Source: a virus. From it: a stretch of DNA of 64,000 nucleotides. The translations under genes and the position numbers were made by a program. Shown one piece after another: positions 47,571 through 57,973 of this stretch. The stretch is from IMG/VR virus record IMGVR_UViG_3300045119_000200, positions 8,813-72,812 of that record; one strand, written 5' to 3'. How positions within the stretch are numbered: position 1 is the stretch's first letter; each line of letters begins with the position of its first letter. Below the pieces are notes generated by a model, which saw only the letters and a program-made list of their open reading frames with translations, had not been told where the DNA came from and made no database searches.

Positions 47571-49475
47571 TTACTTAACTGGACAAGCCCCTGAAGCGCA
47601 ATCGTCTGAGTCTTCCATATCATCTTCATCAAACCCTACTTCCAAAGAAGTGATTGGTCTAACATTTTTGATCATCTCCTCATATAATTCCTCAGTTATT
47701 CCCTCAAATGGCATTTGTTTAAATCCACTTGCGTCTGATTTTAATAAGAAACTCAGGGTCTTGAAATTATCTTTAAAGTTTTCTTCCAGATATTTTCTAA
47801 TCTCTGGTAACTCTTCTTTCGTATAATATGCTGTGACTGAGACAGAATTATCAGACCAGTTCTTTTGTAAGAACTTCACGTCTTCTAACTGCTCAAACAC
47901 AGTCATATCTTTAGCAAGTTTCGTACCGTCTGGATATTTACAAGGGAAAGACGCAACCATTGTCGATCTGTCTAAAGTCCCATCGAAATTCTCCTGCGGT
48001 TCGATATGATAACCGTGTGCTTTAATGACATCGATAAGTGGTGATTCAGCAGCGATTCTGATTCTTCTGATATAGAATTGATCAGCTGTTGCTGGGTGAA
48101 CCCCTGAAGTCATACCTGCCAATAACGATAATGTTCCGGAAGGTTTAACGGTTGTCAGCTTGATTGAAGTAGGCCATCCCATTTTTGCTGAATAAACTTT
48201 ATCAATTTCTCTTAAATATTCATAACAACTCCATAACCATCCTTTTTGTTCATCGGAAGCCATTTGAAAACCAGTGATTCCGATCCCCATTCTCATGTTC
48301 TTATGAACAATTGCTTCAGTCTCAGGCTGATGTGACTTCAATGCTAATGAATGTTTGTTTACTTTATAAAGCATTGCTGCAACTTTAATTAATTCAGCTT
48401 CACTTTCAATGTTCGGAAGATAAATCTCCGCTAAACAGCACGTCTCATGATTGGCTAATGATTGTTCAGCACACGGATTATATCCTTCAACATCCGGATC
48501 TGGATATTGGGTCTCACCAAGTCTCCCCTCACGTCTGGATAACTCCAGATTGATCAGCCCATATGGCTCACCTTGTTCATAAGTTTCCCAGAATTCTGCC
48601 GGAAGTGCTTTTGCATCAAAACAATCTACTGAGTTATTTGACATATTTCTCCATCTTGGAACGTTTCCTAAATCCCATCTTTTGGCCTTAAGGAATTCCA
48701 AATCATCATAATCACCTATTGCTATTTGCGCTGATCGTCTTACGTTTCCTGCAACAACAATCATCCCGATAATGTTCATGATGTCCAAACAGTCTATCGG
48801 ACGTAACTGCTGACCTCGCCTGTTGTTCAAAACAACGCTGATCAATTCCATTCCTTCTACAAGGATTGATGCTCCGGAAGCCACACCTCCGAAACCTTTG
48901 ATTGCTTCACCTCTTCCACGAATAAGCTGTGTAGAATAACTAAATCCTTCACCTCCGTAGAAATGTGCTTTCAATACTTTTCCAAGAAGCTTCACCCAGC
49001 CTTCTCTTGTATCAGGCACGATATAATCTGCATCTTTTGTATCAAGTCTTTCAATCTTAATCTTTTTCTTTTGAACTTTTGGTAGTTTGTAAACGTGTTC
49101 TTTTTTGATTGAATAACCAACACCACTACCAAGCATCAACATATCCATCGCCCAAGTGAAGGGTGTAATAGGATTGTCAATAACTACGAAGGCACAGTTC
49201 TGAAGACTTGCTAATCCTAATTGATCAACCGTCTTTGTTCCAAGCTGCCACATAAAACGTCCGGCTACTGAGCCTTTCATATCATGTCTCATTTGTCTGT
49301 AGAACTCTTGCTCTTCCTCTGATAGTGATAACTTCAGTTGCTTATCAATTCCATTGAGTTCTCTCTCAACAGTTTCTGAAAACGTTTCTAATTTACCACC
49401 GAACTTTTTTCTTGCGTATGTACGGGAAAAAGTTATAAACCCTAACGGTCCCCATTTAACTGGTCTGTTCTCCAT
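47571..49475 (-). CDS. nrdJ: class II (B12-dependent) ribonucleotide reductase
   Basis: RTY.R, QNCAF, GNVRRSA, NPCAE, TVKPSGT, C-terminal CASGACP. Confidence 0.92.
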   Translation of the reverse strand: MENRPVKWGPLGFITFSRTYARKKFGGKLETFSETVERELNGIDKQLKLSLSEEEQEFYRQMRHDMKGSVAGRFMWQLGTKTVDQLGLASLQNCAFVVIDNPITPFTWAMDMLMLGSGVGYSIKKEHVYKLPKVQKKKIKIERLDTKDADYIVPDTREGWVKLLGKVLKAHFYGGEGFSYSTQLIRGRGEAIKGFGGVASGASILVEGMELISVVLNNRRGQQLRPIDCLDIMNIIGMIVVAGNVRRSAQIAIGDYDDLEFLKAKRWDLGNVPRWRNMSNNSVDCFDAKALPAEFWETYEQGEPYGLINLELSRREGRLGETQYPDPDVEGYNPCAEQSLANHETCCLAEIYLPNIESEAELIKVAAMLYKVNKHSLALKSHQPETEAIVHKNMRMGIGITGFQMASDEQKGWLWSCYEYLREIDKVYSAKMGWPTSIKLTTVKPSGTLSLLAGMTSGVHPATADQFYIRRIRIAAESPLIDVIKAHGYHIEPQENFDGTLDRSTMVASFPCKYPDGTKLAKDMTVFEQLEDVKFLQKNWSDNSVSVTAYYTKEELPEIRKYLEENFKDNFKTLSFLLKSDASGFKQMPFEGITEELYEEMIKNVRPITSLEVGFDEDDMEDSDDCASGACPVK

Positions 49476-49656
49476 CTTCTTTTCCTTTTTCGAAATATTC
49501 TAAATAAATGCTGGTCATGATCAAAATCACACCAAAGATTAATAAGTATCTACTGTCTGCATCAAATGATAACCCGACAAAAATACCACCAATTGTATCT
49601 CCTATGTCAATTAAGAATTCTTTCCAGCGTGATTTCTGTTTTCTGTTTTTTCTCAT
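49456..49656 (-). CDS. small membrane protein
   Basis: two hydrophobic segments. Confidence 0.55.
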   Translation of the reverse strand: MRKNRKQKSRWKEFLIDIGDTIGGIFVGLSFDADSRYLLIFGVILIMTSIYLEYFEKGKEDGEQTS

Positions 49657-49658
49657 TA

Positions 49659-50024
49659 TTAAAAGTTTGATAATTTACCACAAGGTGTTCCGTCAATAAA
49701 TTCATAATTATTAAACAAATATTCAAAAGTTCGTGTTACTCCACCTCCTGTTGTAATTACATCACCTGTTGGAATATAGGAAATAATTGTTACAACCCTA
49801 CCATCTTTAGATTTAATTGCTCTACCAATCAACCGCTCCGCATCTGAATAATCGAATGGAATATACTCTAACTGAGGTTTAATACGATATTGAGGAGTGA
49901 GTTGCCATTGTGGTTCATCTATATCTTCCCATACACCTTTGCGAAGTACTTGTATTTGTTCACCGGATGTCCATTTTTCTATAAGATACCAGTGTTTTTT
50001 AAATTGTTCTTTTGTCATAATCAA
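49659..50024 (-). CDS. hypothetical phage protein
   Basis: W.D...P.W.....YRIKP, F.DGTPCG. Confidence 0.65.
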   Translation of the reverse strand: MIMTKEQFKKHWYLIEKWTSGEQIQVLRKGVWEDIDEPQWQLTPQYRIKPQLEYIPFDYSDAERLIGRAIKSKDGRVVTIISYIPTGDVITTGGGVTRTFEYLFNNYEFIDGTPCGKLSNF

Positions 50025-51250
50025 AATGGTTTTAAATTATTATCAATAAAATATCGAAGTTGAATGAATCCTTGGAAGTTGTTACACCATCCTTCTGTTC
50101 CATGTGTTGCTAAAAGAAGCCCTGTATCAGAGTCTTCAAAAAGTTTACCTCTTCTAAATTCATAATGCTCATCATCGGACATTACTTTCGCACAATGCTC
50201 AAACGGTGATGAATGAGGCGGCTCCTGACCAATCAATTTCGTTTCATAAACGTCAATCAACGATTGATAAGAAATTTCTTTCTCTTCATCAACAACCGTG
50301 TAAGAAGTTCTTGCCGCCATCGCTGTAGAAATTTTTATTTTTATTGAATCAAAATTTTCATGTGCTTGAAATAACCTACCGTTCATAGTATTTTCAATCT
50401 TATCTCTGAAAGGAATATGCCATTCACCCGCTTCCAAATCCCTCGGAGTTGACTCATTGATCGTATCCCAAAGATTCTCCGCTAAATCTTGAATATGAAT
50501 TTCTGCTAGACTGTAATCAGCTTCCAACCATTGTTCCTCAGTTAAATTCGAAAGAAAAACATTTGGATGATTTTCATATTCGACTTCTTCATTCGGACCA
50601 AACTGTTTCAACATATCTTTTCTGGATCTGAAATGGAATTCTTCAACGTCATGGAAAACATAATCTGGACATCTTAATTTAAAGAATCCTTCAAAGCTTT
50701 GTTTGTTACCGGTGATAATGTCGGTGACCCACATAAAAGGTTCTAACAATCTGTTCGCAATCTGCTTTGTAACTCCCATAGCATAAACCATGATAGCACA
50801 ACCAATAACGATGTTTCTCACCTGAATCCACCATTCTGCCGGAGTTCTTCCCTGTTCATCTTGTCTAAACAATGGCCACACATATTCGTTCATAGCGAAT
50901 TCAACTTCAGCCCAATCACCGTCTTCTAAAGAAAAGTTCTTTGTGATCATCGAATGAATAACCGGTTGAACCTCTTCCCAAGAAACTTTCTTGTTCGGAT
51001 CTAAATATTTATGTCCTTGCATTCCAGAATGATGTCCTTGGAAAGCATAAGGAATGAACGTGTTATCTGTCACCGATTTAACAGCTTTCCAAAAAGGAAT
51101 TGCTCTACTGCTTGAAGTATTCTTACTGAGCATACGATGTGTATTTACTTCAGCTAACACTATTCTTGGAAACGTACAGAGAACGCTGATTAATTCGTCT
51201 CCGTTGGGCCCACGACTGTGAGCCACTACTTCTACTTTTGATTTTTTCAT
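50021..51250 (-). CDS. thyX: ThyX-like flavin-dependent thymidylate synthase (divergent)
   Basis: E.NTHR..S.N..SSRAIP, KQ.ANRLLEPF, FF.LR, H.SPFEH. Confidence 0.7.
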   Translation of the reverse strand: MKKSKVEVVAHSRGPNGDELISVLCTFPRIVLAEVNTHRMLSKNTSSSRAIPFWKAVKSVTDNTFIPYAFQGHHSGMQGHKYLDPNKKVSWEEVQPVIHSMITKNFSLEDGDWAEVEFAMNEYVWPLFRQDEQGRTPAEWWIQVRNIVIGCAIMVYAMGVTKQIANRLLEPFMWVTDIITGNKQSFEGFFKLRCPDYVFHDVEEFHFRSRKDMLKQFGPNEEVEYENHPNVFLSNLTEEQWLEADYSLAEIHIQDLAENLWDTINESTPRDLEAGEWHIPFRDKIENTMNGRLFQAHENFDSIKIKISTAMAARTSYTVVDEEKEISYQSLIDVYETKLIGQEPPHSSPFEHCAKVMSDDEHYEFRRGKLFEDSDTGLLLATHGTEGWCNNFQGFIQLRYFIDNNLKPF

Positions 51251-51523
51251 TTAAAAATAATTTGGTCCTTTATACGGAATTCCCGATTGTTTAGAATCAT
51301 TCAAAGCTTTTTCAATACAACTTCTATCCCATTCGTCATCCCAATTAATAAATTCTATTTTTTCTCCATGAATTCCTAGAATTCCACGTATTTCAAATAC
51401 AACGATGAAACGATCTTCCATTAATTCTTCTCTGTAAGTAATAACATATTTCTTTACCGGAAGAACTTTAACAATTCCAATTATTAAAATTAGAATTAAA
51501 ACTACTAATATGAATGTTGTCAT
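51251..51523 (-). CDS. small protein with N-terminal TM
   Basis: hydrophobic N-terminus. Confidence 0.55.
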   Translation of the reverse strand: MTTFILVVLILILIIGIVKVLPVKKYVITYREELMEDRFIVVFEIRGILGIHGEKIEFINWDDEWDRSCIEKALNDSKQSGIPYKGPNYF

Positions 51524-51915
51524 GAGTTATAATATTCGTCTACTTGAATTAATATTTGATTTACTTCTGCTTTAGAATACTCTGTGGTATTAATGAATTC
51601 CAAATAATCGAAATAAATATTATCGATATTATGTTCCTCGTTATACTCTTCTTGGTAGAATTCTTTAAAGCTTTGAATTTCAGAATATTCTTCATTTAAA
51701 ATATCCCAAATTTCCTTTGCTCGATCAATGTATTTATGGGCCATAAACCCAGCAAACACATCTGTTCGACCAACCGCACAAGTGTCCAGAAAATCTTCTC
51801 CAGCATCGTGATGGAAATTACACATTCTTTCGATTGTAATTTCCCTTTCTTTTTCTTCTTGGGTCAACTCTCTTTTCTCAATATCAAACCCGTAAATGTA
51901 TTCTACTTCTTCCAT
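51520..51915 (-). CDS. acidic hypothetical protein
   Basis: coupled ORF. Confidence 0.6.
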   Translation of the reverse strand: MEEVEYIYGFDIEKRELTQEEKEREITIERMCNFHHDAGEDFLDTCAVGRTDVFAGFMAHKYIDRAKEIWDILNEEYSEIQSFKEFYQEEYNEEHNIDNIYFDYLEFINTTEYSKAEVNQILIQVDEYYNS

Positions 51916-52190
51916 TATTTCCTAATATCTATTGTTTGTAAAGCTGTTAAAATAATATCAAACGCATCATCTCTGTCTGAAGGAGTATTGAATTTCAATC
52001 TCATATTAGATTTCTGATTATCATCAAGACTTTCATAAAATCCAATATAATAACCTATTCCTCCACCAGAATCCTGAGTTGCATTCAAAGGTCTGTTCTC
52101 TTTTAAAACTCGAACAACTTTCTGATCGATATTAATTATCTCACCTTCTTTGATTTGCACCCATGTTGTTGTAACTGTTCCTGTTGCCAT
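51915..52190 (-). CDS. hypothetical protein
   Basis: coupled ORF. Confidence 0.6.
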   Translation of the reverse strand: MATGTVTTTWVQIKEGEIINIDQKVVRVLKENRPLNATQDSGGGIGYYIGFYESLDDNQKSNMRLKFNTPSDRDDAFDIILTALQTIDIRK

Positions 52191-52396
52191 TACATTTCAA
52201 GTTTATCTGTTAATTCTTCCATTTGTTCAAACAGTTCTTTGATAACCGGATCGAATTCCACCATTACTTTGAAAGCTTCTCGACGTTTGTCATCTTCACC
52301 AAGAAATAAATCCATTGATGTTTTCGCATCATTGATCTTTTGTAAACTTTCGTTTATTTCTGTACAGTATTTCACTATCATCTCTTTTAATGTCAT
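52190..52396 (-). CDS. hypothetical protein
   Basis: coupled ORF. Confidence 0.6.
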   Translation of the reverse strand: MTLKEMIVKYCTEINESLQKINDAKTSMDLFLGEDDKRREAFKVMVEFDPVIKELFEQMEELTDKLEM

Positions 52397-52617
52397 AGGT
52401 CTTTGGAGATTTGTTTAATCATTATTACAACCTTCTCGCCTAATTCGTTCAATTCTGTATTTTCCGTCATTGACATAAGTTCAGCAACAGTAAAACCTTG
52501 AAAAGCTTTCTCACCTTGTTCTTGTAGATCAATGAATTGTTGTAAAATTGCTTCCATCTTTTTAAGATGTTCAAAATAGAATTCTGAAGCAGTTTGTTTT
52601 TGTTTTGTATTTGCCAT
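52393..52617 (-). CDS. hypothetical protein
   Basis: coupled ORF. Confidence 0.6.
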   Translation of the reverse strand: MANTKQKQTASEFYFEHLKKMEAILQQFIDLQEQGEKAFQGFTVAELMSMTENTELNELGEKVVIMIKQISKDL

Positions 52618-52618
52618 T

Positions 52619-52891
52619 TTATTTATTTATAAGTTCTAAAATTTTTGATCTCCAATAATCTTTATCGAAATAGTATTCAATAATTAAAAATTGAGTGCCC
52701 TTTCTATAAAGCTTTGTTTCATTCATTATCTCGTCAACTCTTTGTCTCGCATCTTCTACAGATTCGAAAAAGTGACGTTGATACTTCTTTCTGTCAGTTT
52801 TATATTCACCAACTTTTCTAAGATTGCCGTCTCCATCAAATGAATAGAGACGGATGTCCTTTTTGTTCATATTAATCTTTTTTGATAACAT
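52619..52891 (-). CDS. hypothetical protein
   Basis: ORF in operon. Confidence 0.55.
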   Translation of the reverse strand: MLSKKINMNKKDIRLYSFDGDGNLRKVGEYKTDRKKYQRHFFESVEDARQRVDEIMNETKLYRKGTQFLIIEYYFDKDYWRSKILELINK

Positions 52892-52937
52892 TACCTATGA
52901 TTGCACATAAGCAGCAAACTACTATAAACACTAATCA

Positions 52938-54380
52938 TTACATAAGATCTTTTAAAGAATGAATTCTCTTAAATCCTACATCATAGCGTTGATTATGCTT
53001 CGCATCCATTAAGAATGTAGCAATACCAGCGTTATTTAATTCAACAAAGTTTTCATAACGATCATCAACAAAGATCTCAATCCCTGATTCTTTTGCTACG
53101 TCCACCTTTGATTCATTAAATCCAATCGTATGAACCGGAACAGCTGGAAAACCATTAAGTTGTAACCATTCTTCAGTCCAATCATTCGGAATCATTCTGC
53201 TTGTAATATAACAGGTTGGTTCGAAAGGAAGATCTTCAGGTTTGATCTTTGGCTTCATTGTCATCCAGAATTCTTTGTCCTGTGCAACCTCAGCAAATTT
53301 CTCCTTCATATCTTTATCGAAGTTCCAGAAATTTACCTCATTGTTGGGGTATCTTTCTCGCCATTTACCCACGAAGTCTGCCAAAACATCGTCTATATCC
53401 AGACCGATTTTTAAAGGGCTTAAATAGCGGTGAGGTCTGTCATCTCCTTGCGGATAAATTTTGTAATAAGCGGTTAAGAAATGTGCATTACAAGCAATAT
53501 GTGCTGCATGAAGTAATCCTGTTTCCGGATCAAAGTCTTCCCCTTTCTTAATAGCTTGCAAATGTCGTTCCAAAGATGCTAAGACATTGCTCCAAGCCAT
53601 TCCTCTTTCCCAGTTACGTTCAGCATATTTCTCTGCCCCTTTGGTTAATACTTTAGCCATTTGCTCATGTGCCCATGGATGAACCAGATCATAACGAGTT
53701 TTACCGGTATTAAAACGAAGACCTTTATGTTTTTGACTATTTTCAATTTTCTCCATTGATTCAATAATAGCAATACCGACCTCTTTCATTTGGGCTTTTG
53801 CTAATTGTTCCTCCGGTTTTTCAATTTCGTTTTCCCAAATATCTTTTAACGCTGACCATTCATCAGTAATTGGTTGAATTTCTTCGTAAAGATTAATAGC
53901 TTCACTAATAATCCGCTCATTGACTAATTTTGGTATTTCTCCATTAACATCTTCTTTTAACATTTGTTCAACTTCAGATAAATACTGTTCTTCATTAATT
54001 TCACAATGTCCCTCAGGACACGAATTCGCTGCATTTGTTTGAGCAATAGCTGAAGCTATTTCTTCGTCAGTCCAAGTCGGAACTGGAATTGATGGAACTG
54101 GAATTGATGGAATATCCGACGCAAAAAAATTCCTTGCTTTTGCAGCTAATGTTCCACCAGCCGGTGCCACAATCTTACTAAGTTCTGCTTCTTCTTCTAG
54201 TAACCATTTACTTATAAATGAGTCACCTAAATTTCCTTCAAATGTTTCTTCAGGCCATTCATCGACCCACATCGCATATTCATCTGGTGAAACATCATTC
54301 GATAACAAATAATGAAATAGAACATTTCTATTTCTACCAGATTTTTCCCAGACTTCTTTTACTTTATCTTCTAAATTCAT
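52938..54380 (-). CDS. dATP/dGTP diphosphohydrolase (DUF5664-like) fused to HAD 5'(3')-deoxyribonucleotidase
   Basis: GK.RYDL...VL..GA.KY...NW.RG...RHL...D.ETGL.H.AH...N; GLDIDDVLAD...FVDD. Confidence 0.82.
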   Translation of the reverse strand: MNLEDKVKEVWEKSGRNRNVLFHYLLSNDVSPDEYAMWVDEWPEETFEGNLGDSFISKWLLEEEAELSKIVAPAGGTLAAKARNFFASDIPSIPVPSIPVPTWTDEEIASAIAQTNAANSCPEGHCEINEEQYLSEVEQMLKEDVNGEIPKLVNERIISEAINLYEEIQPITDEWSALKDIWENEIEKPEEQLAKAQMKEVGIAIIESMEKIENSQKHKGLRFNTGKTRYDLVHPWAHEQMAKVLTKGAEKYAERNWERGMAWSNVLASLERHLQAIKKGEDFDPETGLLHAAHIACNAHFLTAYYKIYPQGDDRPHRYLSPLKIGLDIDDVLADFVGKWRERYPNNEVNFWNFDKDMKEKFAEVAQDKEFWMTMKPKIKPEDLPFEPTCYITSRMIPNDWTEEWLQLNGFPAVPVHTIGFNESKVDVAKESGIEIFVDDRYENFVELNNAGIATFLMDAKHNQRYDVGFKRIHSLKDLM

Positions 54381-54391
54381 TGTATTTAATT

Positions 54392-56287
54392 TTAAAAGGC
54401 ATCTTCCGGATTCATCCGTTTAACTTGTGCCTGTACTTCTTTTTTCGAATTTAATTTAGCAAAGAATGGATTGTTCCCATCCTTATCCCAATAACCTGTG
54501 AAACCATGTCTTGTTTCATAGATTAAACCGGTGTAATCTCCATTATCATGAACTTTTCCACCTGTTTCAACTTCTTTGATTTTCTCAACGCTTACCTGCA
54601 TTTCTTTTCGAACGTCAGGATCTTCATGATTTACAATTCTATGAACTGTAAAGAAGTCATCAACTCTGTACGGGAAATCCGCACCACCTTGAATATCATA
54701 CTTACTTGGTTTACCAATATATCCAGCAGAATCTTTGTTCGCCCTTGGAGAATTTGTCGAAGGGTGTGCAAGAATATATACAGAACAATACTTTTCAGCA
54801 AACACTCTCATTTTAGAAAGCATTTCGTTGTTAAATCTATATCCGTCACCTGTTACTTTAAAAAAGTTATACGGATCAATCAAAAGAGCGTCGATTCCAA
54901 ACTTCTCATACATTCGTTTCCCCATTTCTAATACATCATCGATTGAATAATGCTTTTTGTTAGAAATGATTTTGAAATTCTCTCTGGAATAATTCACATA
55001 AAATTTCTTCTCTTCAGGTTTGTATTTGAAATACGTAATTGGTTTACCAGATAATATCTCAATCAATCTGATTCTGGACCTCGGTGTTTTGTTCTCCGGC
55101 ATTACCATTCCCCACTTCCAACCATGGAGAGTTGCAGATGCAGCAGCTATGTTCAACATATAAACAGATTTACCAACGTTATCCAATCCTAATCCGATGT
55201 TTAATGAATGATCTTTCAATCTGAAATAAGGATCTAATGCTGGCCATCCGGTCGGAAGTCCCTGAGCAATTTCACCTTTAACCGCTTGATCAATATATTC
55301 ATTTTCTTCAATTTCATCTGAAAGAAAACTCAGATCTTCCAACGTTTGATCCCAATCTTCATCTTCTGATTCTTCTTTCGAAACTTTCTTACCTTTTTCT
55401 TCAGGATTTCCATAACCCATCTCATATAACTTTGCGTAAGCTTTCGGGTAATTCCCTCCACATTCAAGTTCTGCAAAGATCGCATGATTATTATAAGGTC
55501 TTTCTGTTTCAAAATCTGATTGAGCGGTGGAGAACGCCCAGAAGAACTTTCCTTCTTTGTTGTATCCACCATGAAGGTCATTTGATTTTGAATCAGGTCG
55601 TGAGAAATTTATCCAAACAGCATCTTCTGAATGTTGAGTCCATCCGGCTGCTTCCAGTAATTCAACTCCGATTTCAATATCTTCATTGTAATCAGGAAAT
55701 TTCTTCAGATAATCATTGTCTTCACGAGATCTCTTTTTCCCAGCTTCTTTTAAAAGTTGCTGATTAAGCATTTTGGCCGAGATGAATATTTGCAGACGTT
55801 CTTCAGGAGTAATAATTGGAATCTTATCCCAACTCCCTTGAATCAGCTTATATCCCTCTGATGGAGCGCATTTGATATATCCGCCTTCTCCACGAGTTTC
55901 AATCACCGCCTGACCAGTTTTATTCATAGCCAGTTTCTTAGATGACGTGATGTCCTCACATCGGTAAATCATGTGAAAACCTCCGGAGATAGTTTGCTGA
56001 ACAACCAGTTTCTTCATTAATGACAGTGATACTTTCTTTTTAAAAAGCTTCATTACTTCATCAGGGTATTCTGCATTCTTTAAATCAAAGTCAATTGCTT
56101 CCAATCCTCCTGACATACTTCCGGTGGCAATACCGATGTTGTCGAAAGGATATTCAGTAATTTCATCTTCTTCAAAACGAACTGTTGACCATTTTGGTCT
56201 ATCTGGTTCTTTTGTGTCTTTACCAACTGGTACAGGATTTAATCCAATACTCAGGAAATATTTAGCCTCTTTTTGTAACTTGTTCAT
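54392..56287 (-). CDS. Prim-Pol primase / SF4 helicase fusion
   Basis: NIGIATG, DFD, T.SGG.H..Y, RGEGGY...PS; GLDNVGKS, LIDPYN, AHP. Confidence 0.88.
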   Translation of the reverse strand: MNKLQKEAKYFLSIGLNPVPVGKDTKEPDRPKWSTVRFEEDEITEYPFDNIGIATGSMSGGLEAIDFDLKNAEYPDEVMKLFKKKVSLSLMKKLVVQQTISGGFHMIYRCEDITSSKKLAMNKTGQAVIETRGEGGYIKCAPSEGYKLIQGSWDKIPIITPEERLQIFISAKMLNQQLLKEAGKKRSREDNDYLKKFPDYNEDIEIGVELLEAAGWTQHSEDAVWINFSRPDSKSNDLHGGYNKEGKFFWAFSTAQSDFETERPYNNHAIFAELECGGNYPKAYAKLYEMGYGNPEEKGKKVSKEESEDEDWDQTLEDLSFLSDEIEENEYIDQAVKGEIAQGLPTGWPALDPYFRLKDHSLNIGLGLDNVGKSVYMLNIAAASATLHGWKWGMVMPENKTPRSRIRLIEILSGKPITYFKYKPEEKKFYVNYSRENFKIISNKKHYSIDDVLEMGKRMYEKFGIDALLIDPYNFFKVTGDGYRFNNEMLSKMRVFAEKYCSVYILAHPSTNSPRANKDSAGYIGKPSKYDIQGGADFPYRVDDFFTVHRIVNHEDPDVRKEMQVSVEKIKEVETGGKVHDNGDYTGLIYETRHGFTGYWDKDGNNPFFAKLNSKKEVQAQVKRMNPEDAF

Positions 56288-57014
56288 ATTTTTTCTGTAA
56301 CGCTCGTTGTATAGTAAAATCTTTTGATCTTGGTTCACCATCTTTCCATGTTTCAGGGAAATAAGTTTTTCCATCAATGTTCACAAAGAAGAATTCAAAT
56401 CCTTTCGGAGCATTGTCTCGTTTCTGAAGTTTATTCTGAGGTCTACACCAGACTCTTTTCAACTTCATTTTCCAGTCTTTGATCTGAGTTCCATTACTGT
56501 CAACCCAGAAAACTGTTTTCCCTTGTTCTTTTGAAATGTTTTCATAATAATCAAAGAAATCTTTTCCGTTTACAGCGTATCCAAATTCCATTCCGACCTG
56601 CTCAATCTCTTGAACAGTTGGTTTGTTGAACTTCTTGTATTTCTTTTCCGCAGCTATTCCTATGGAAGCCAAATACGTTTTAAGTTTAGATGGTAAGCTT
56701 GCCAAATCAGACTTGATTTTTTCAATCGTGTTGTCATTGGTGGCGAGCGTGCTAAAATGAGCCGGAACAATAAAATAGATCAATCCGTCGTAGGCTTTAA
56801 CAAAAATATAATTTGTATCTACCAACTCCTTAACAGCAGATCTGTATGAATCAATATCCATACCAATTGTTTGACTCGCTGATTCAGGAGATAAGCAAAC
56901 AACTCCGACAGTATTAAGGCCAGAGTTGTTGCTAAGATAGACATAAATTAATTTTGCATTAACGCTCAGTTGTTGAAACTTCCCGTTATTCCACAATCTT
57001 CTTATATCTACCAT
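56262..57014 (-). CDS. replication initiator-like wHTH protein
   Basis: W....F..LS..AKL.Y.YL; F.KPT..E...FFDYY....W...IKDWK. Confidence 0.65.
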   Translation of the reverse strand: MVDIRRLWNNGKFQQLSVNAKLIYVYLSNNSGLNTVGVVCLSPESASQTIGMDIDSYRSAVKELVDTNYIFVKAYDGLIYFIVPAHFSTLATNDNTIEKIKSDLASLPSKLKTYLASIGIAAEKKYKKFNKPTVQEIEQVGMEFGYAVNGKDFFDYYENISKEQGKTVFWVDSNGTQIKDWKMKLKRVWCRPQNKLQKRDNAPKGFEFFFVNIDGKTYFPETWKDGEPRSKDFTIQRALQKKYEQVTKRG

Positions 57015-57025
57015 AAGTTCAGATC

Positions 57026-57772
57026 TTAGAATGGTAAATCGTCATCATCGTCATCAGCAGCAGGGCTGTCATCAGCCGGTTTACCTTCATCAGATGCGGC
57101 AGGTGTTGATGATTTTGCTCCGTCAAAGTATTTCTGAAGATTTTCATCAGCTTGATCAGCTTGTTTAGAAAGATCTTCATCAATGTCTTCAACATCGAAT
57201 TCTAATTTGTAGAACCATGTAGTTCTCCATTTTTTCTGTTTGTCTTTTGGAACAACGTTCATCGCGTTATTCTTTTGATCGTAATCGAACAATTCATCAG
57301 AAGGAGTGATCGTTACAAGACCTTCAGGTTGATGTGCCTGATACCATTCCATGAAGATGTTTTTAGCAGTTCCTACCAATTGTAAGTCGGCTAAAACGAA
57401 CTTATCTTCAATTTCTAAAAGACATAAAACGTTCTTTGTGTACTTGGCACCTGTTAACTTCTCTTTGATGTCTTGGTAAAGACCTTCAGCTACAATTTTG
57501 TGCTTACCTCCAACAAATGTACCAACTGATAAAGGTTCTTTTTTCGTGTTGTGTACTAAGTTCGAAGTGAACATTGATTCATAAGCTTTCGAATAACCAG
57601 TTAAGGAGAATCTGTCAGCATCCAGAATGATCAGTTTGATCTCTTTCAGTTCGTCGATTTTCTTTTTGGTTTCTTTTACAAAGATTTCAAACTCACCAGA
57701 GTTCGGTTTGTAAGTTACAGTTGCTTTAATTGGGTTCGTAGCACCACCGGCTACTTGTTTAGTTCTTGACAT
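57026..57772 (-). CDS. ssb: single-stranded DNA-binding protein
   Basis: acidic tail DDDDDDLPF; replication module. Confidence 0.7.
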   Translation of the reverse strand: MSRTKQVAGGATNPIKATVTYKPNSGEFEIFVKETKKKIDELKEIKLIILDADRFSLTGYSKAYESMFTSNLVHNTKKEPLSVGTFVGGKHKIVAEGLYQDIKEKLTGAKYTKNVLCLLEIEDKFVLADLQLVGTAKNIFMEWYQAHQPEGLVTITPSDELFDYDQKNNAMNVVPKDKQKKWRTTWFYKLEFDVEDIDEDLSKQADQADENLQKYFDGAKSSTPAASDEGKPADDSPAADDDDDDLPF

Positions 57773-57779
57773 TTCTTGT

Positions 57780-57962
57780 CTAATTTTGGATTAATTGCGT
57801 GTGAGTTATTTTCTTTTGACCACCATTTTTCAAGGTGATTGTTTGGGTAGAATGTTTCCATTTGGTCGATCCAAATATTAAAAGTTTACTCTGCCCTTCC
57901 TGCAATTTGTGTAAGCCACGCTTATTTACACCAGCAGTTTTTCTTCTTTCCGCTCTGTTCAT
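57780..57962 (-). CDS. small basic protein
   Basis: MNRAERR start typical of phage proteins. Confidence 0.6.
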   Translation of the reverse strand: MNRAERRKTAGVNKRGLHKLQEGQSKLLIFGSTKWKHSTQTITLKNGGQKKITHTQLIQN

Positions 57963-57973
57963 TTTATTTAATT

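Noticed and set aside
54079-54113. 15-nt tandem repeat
   Set aside because: In-frame duplication (IPSIPVPSIPVP) in a linker; no further structure.
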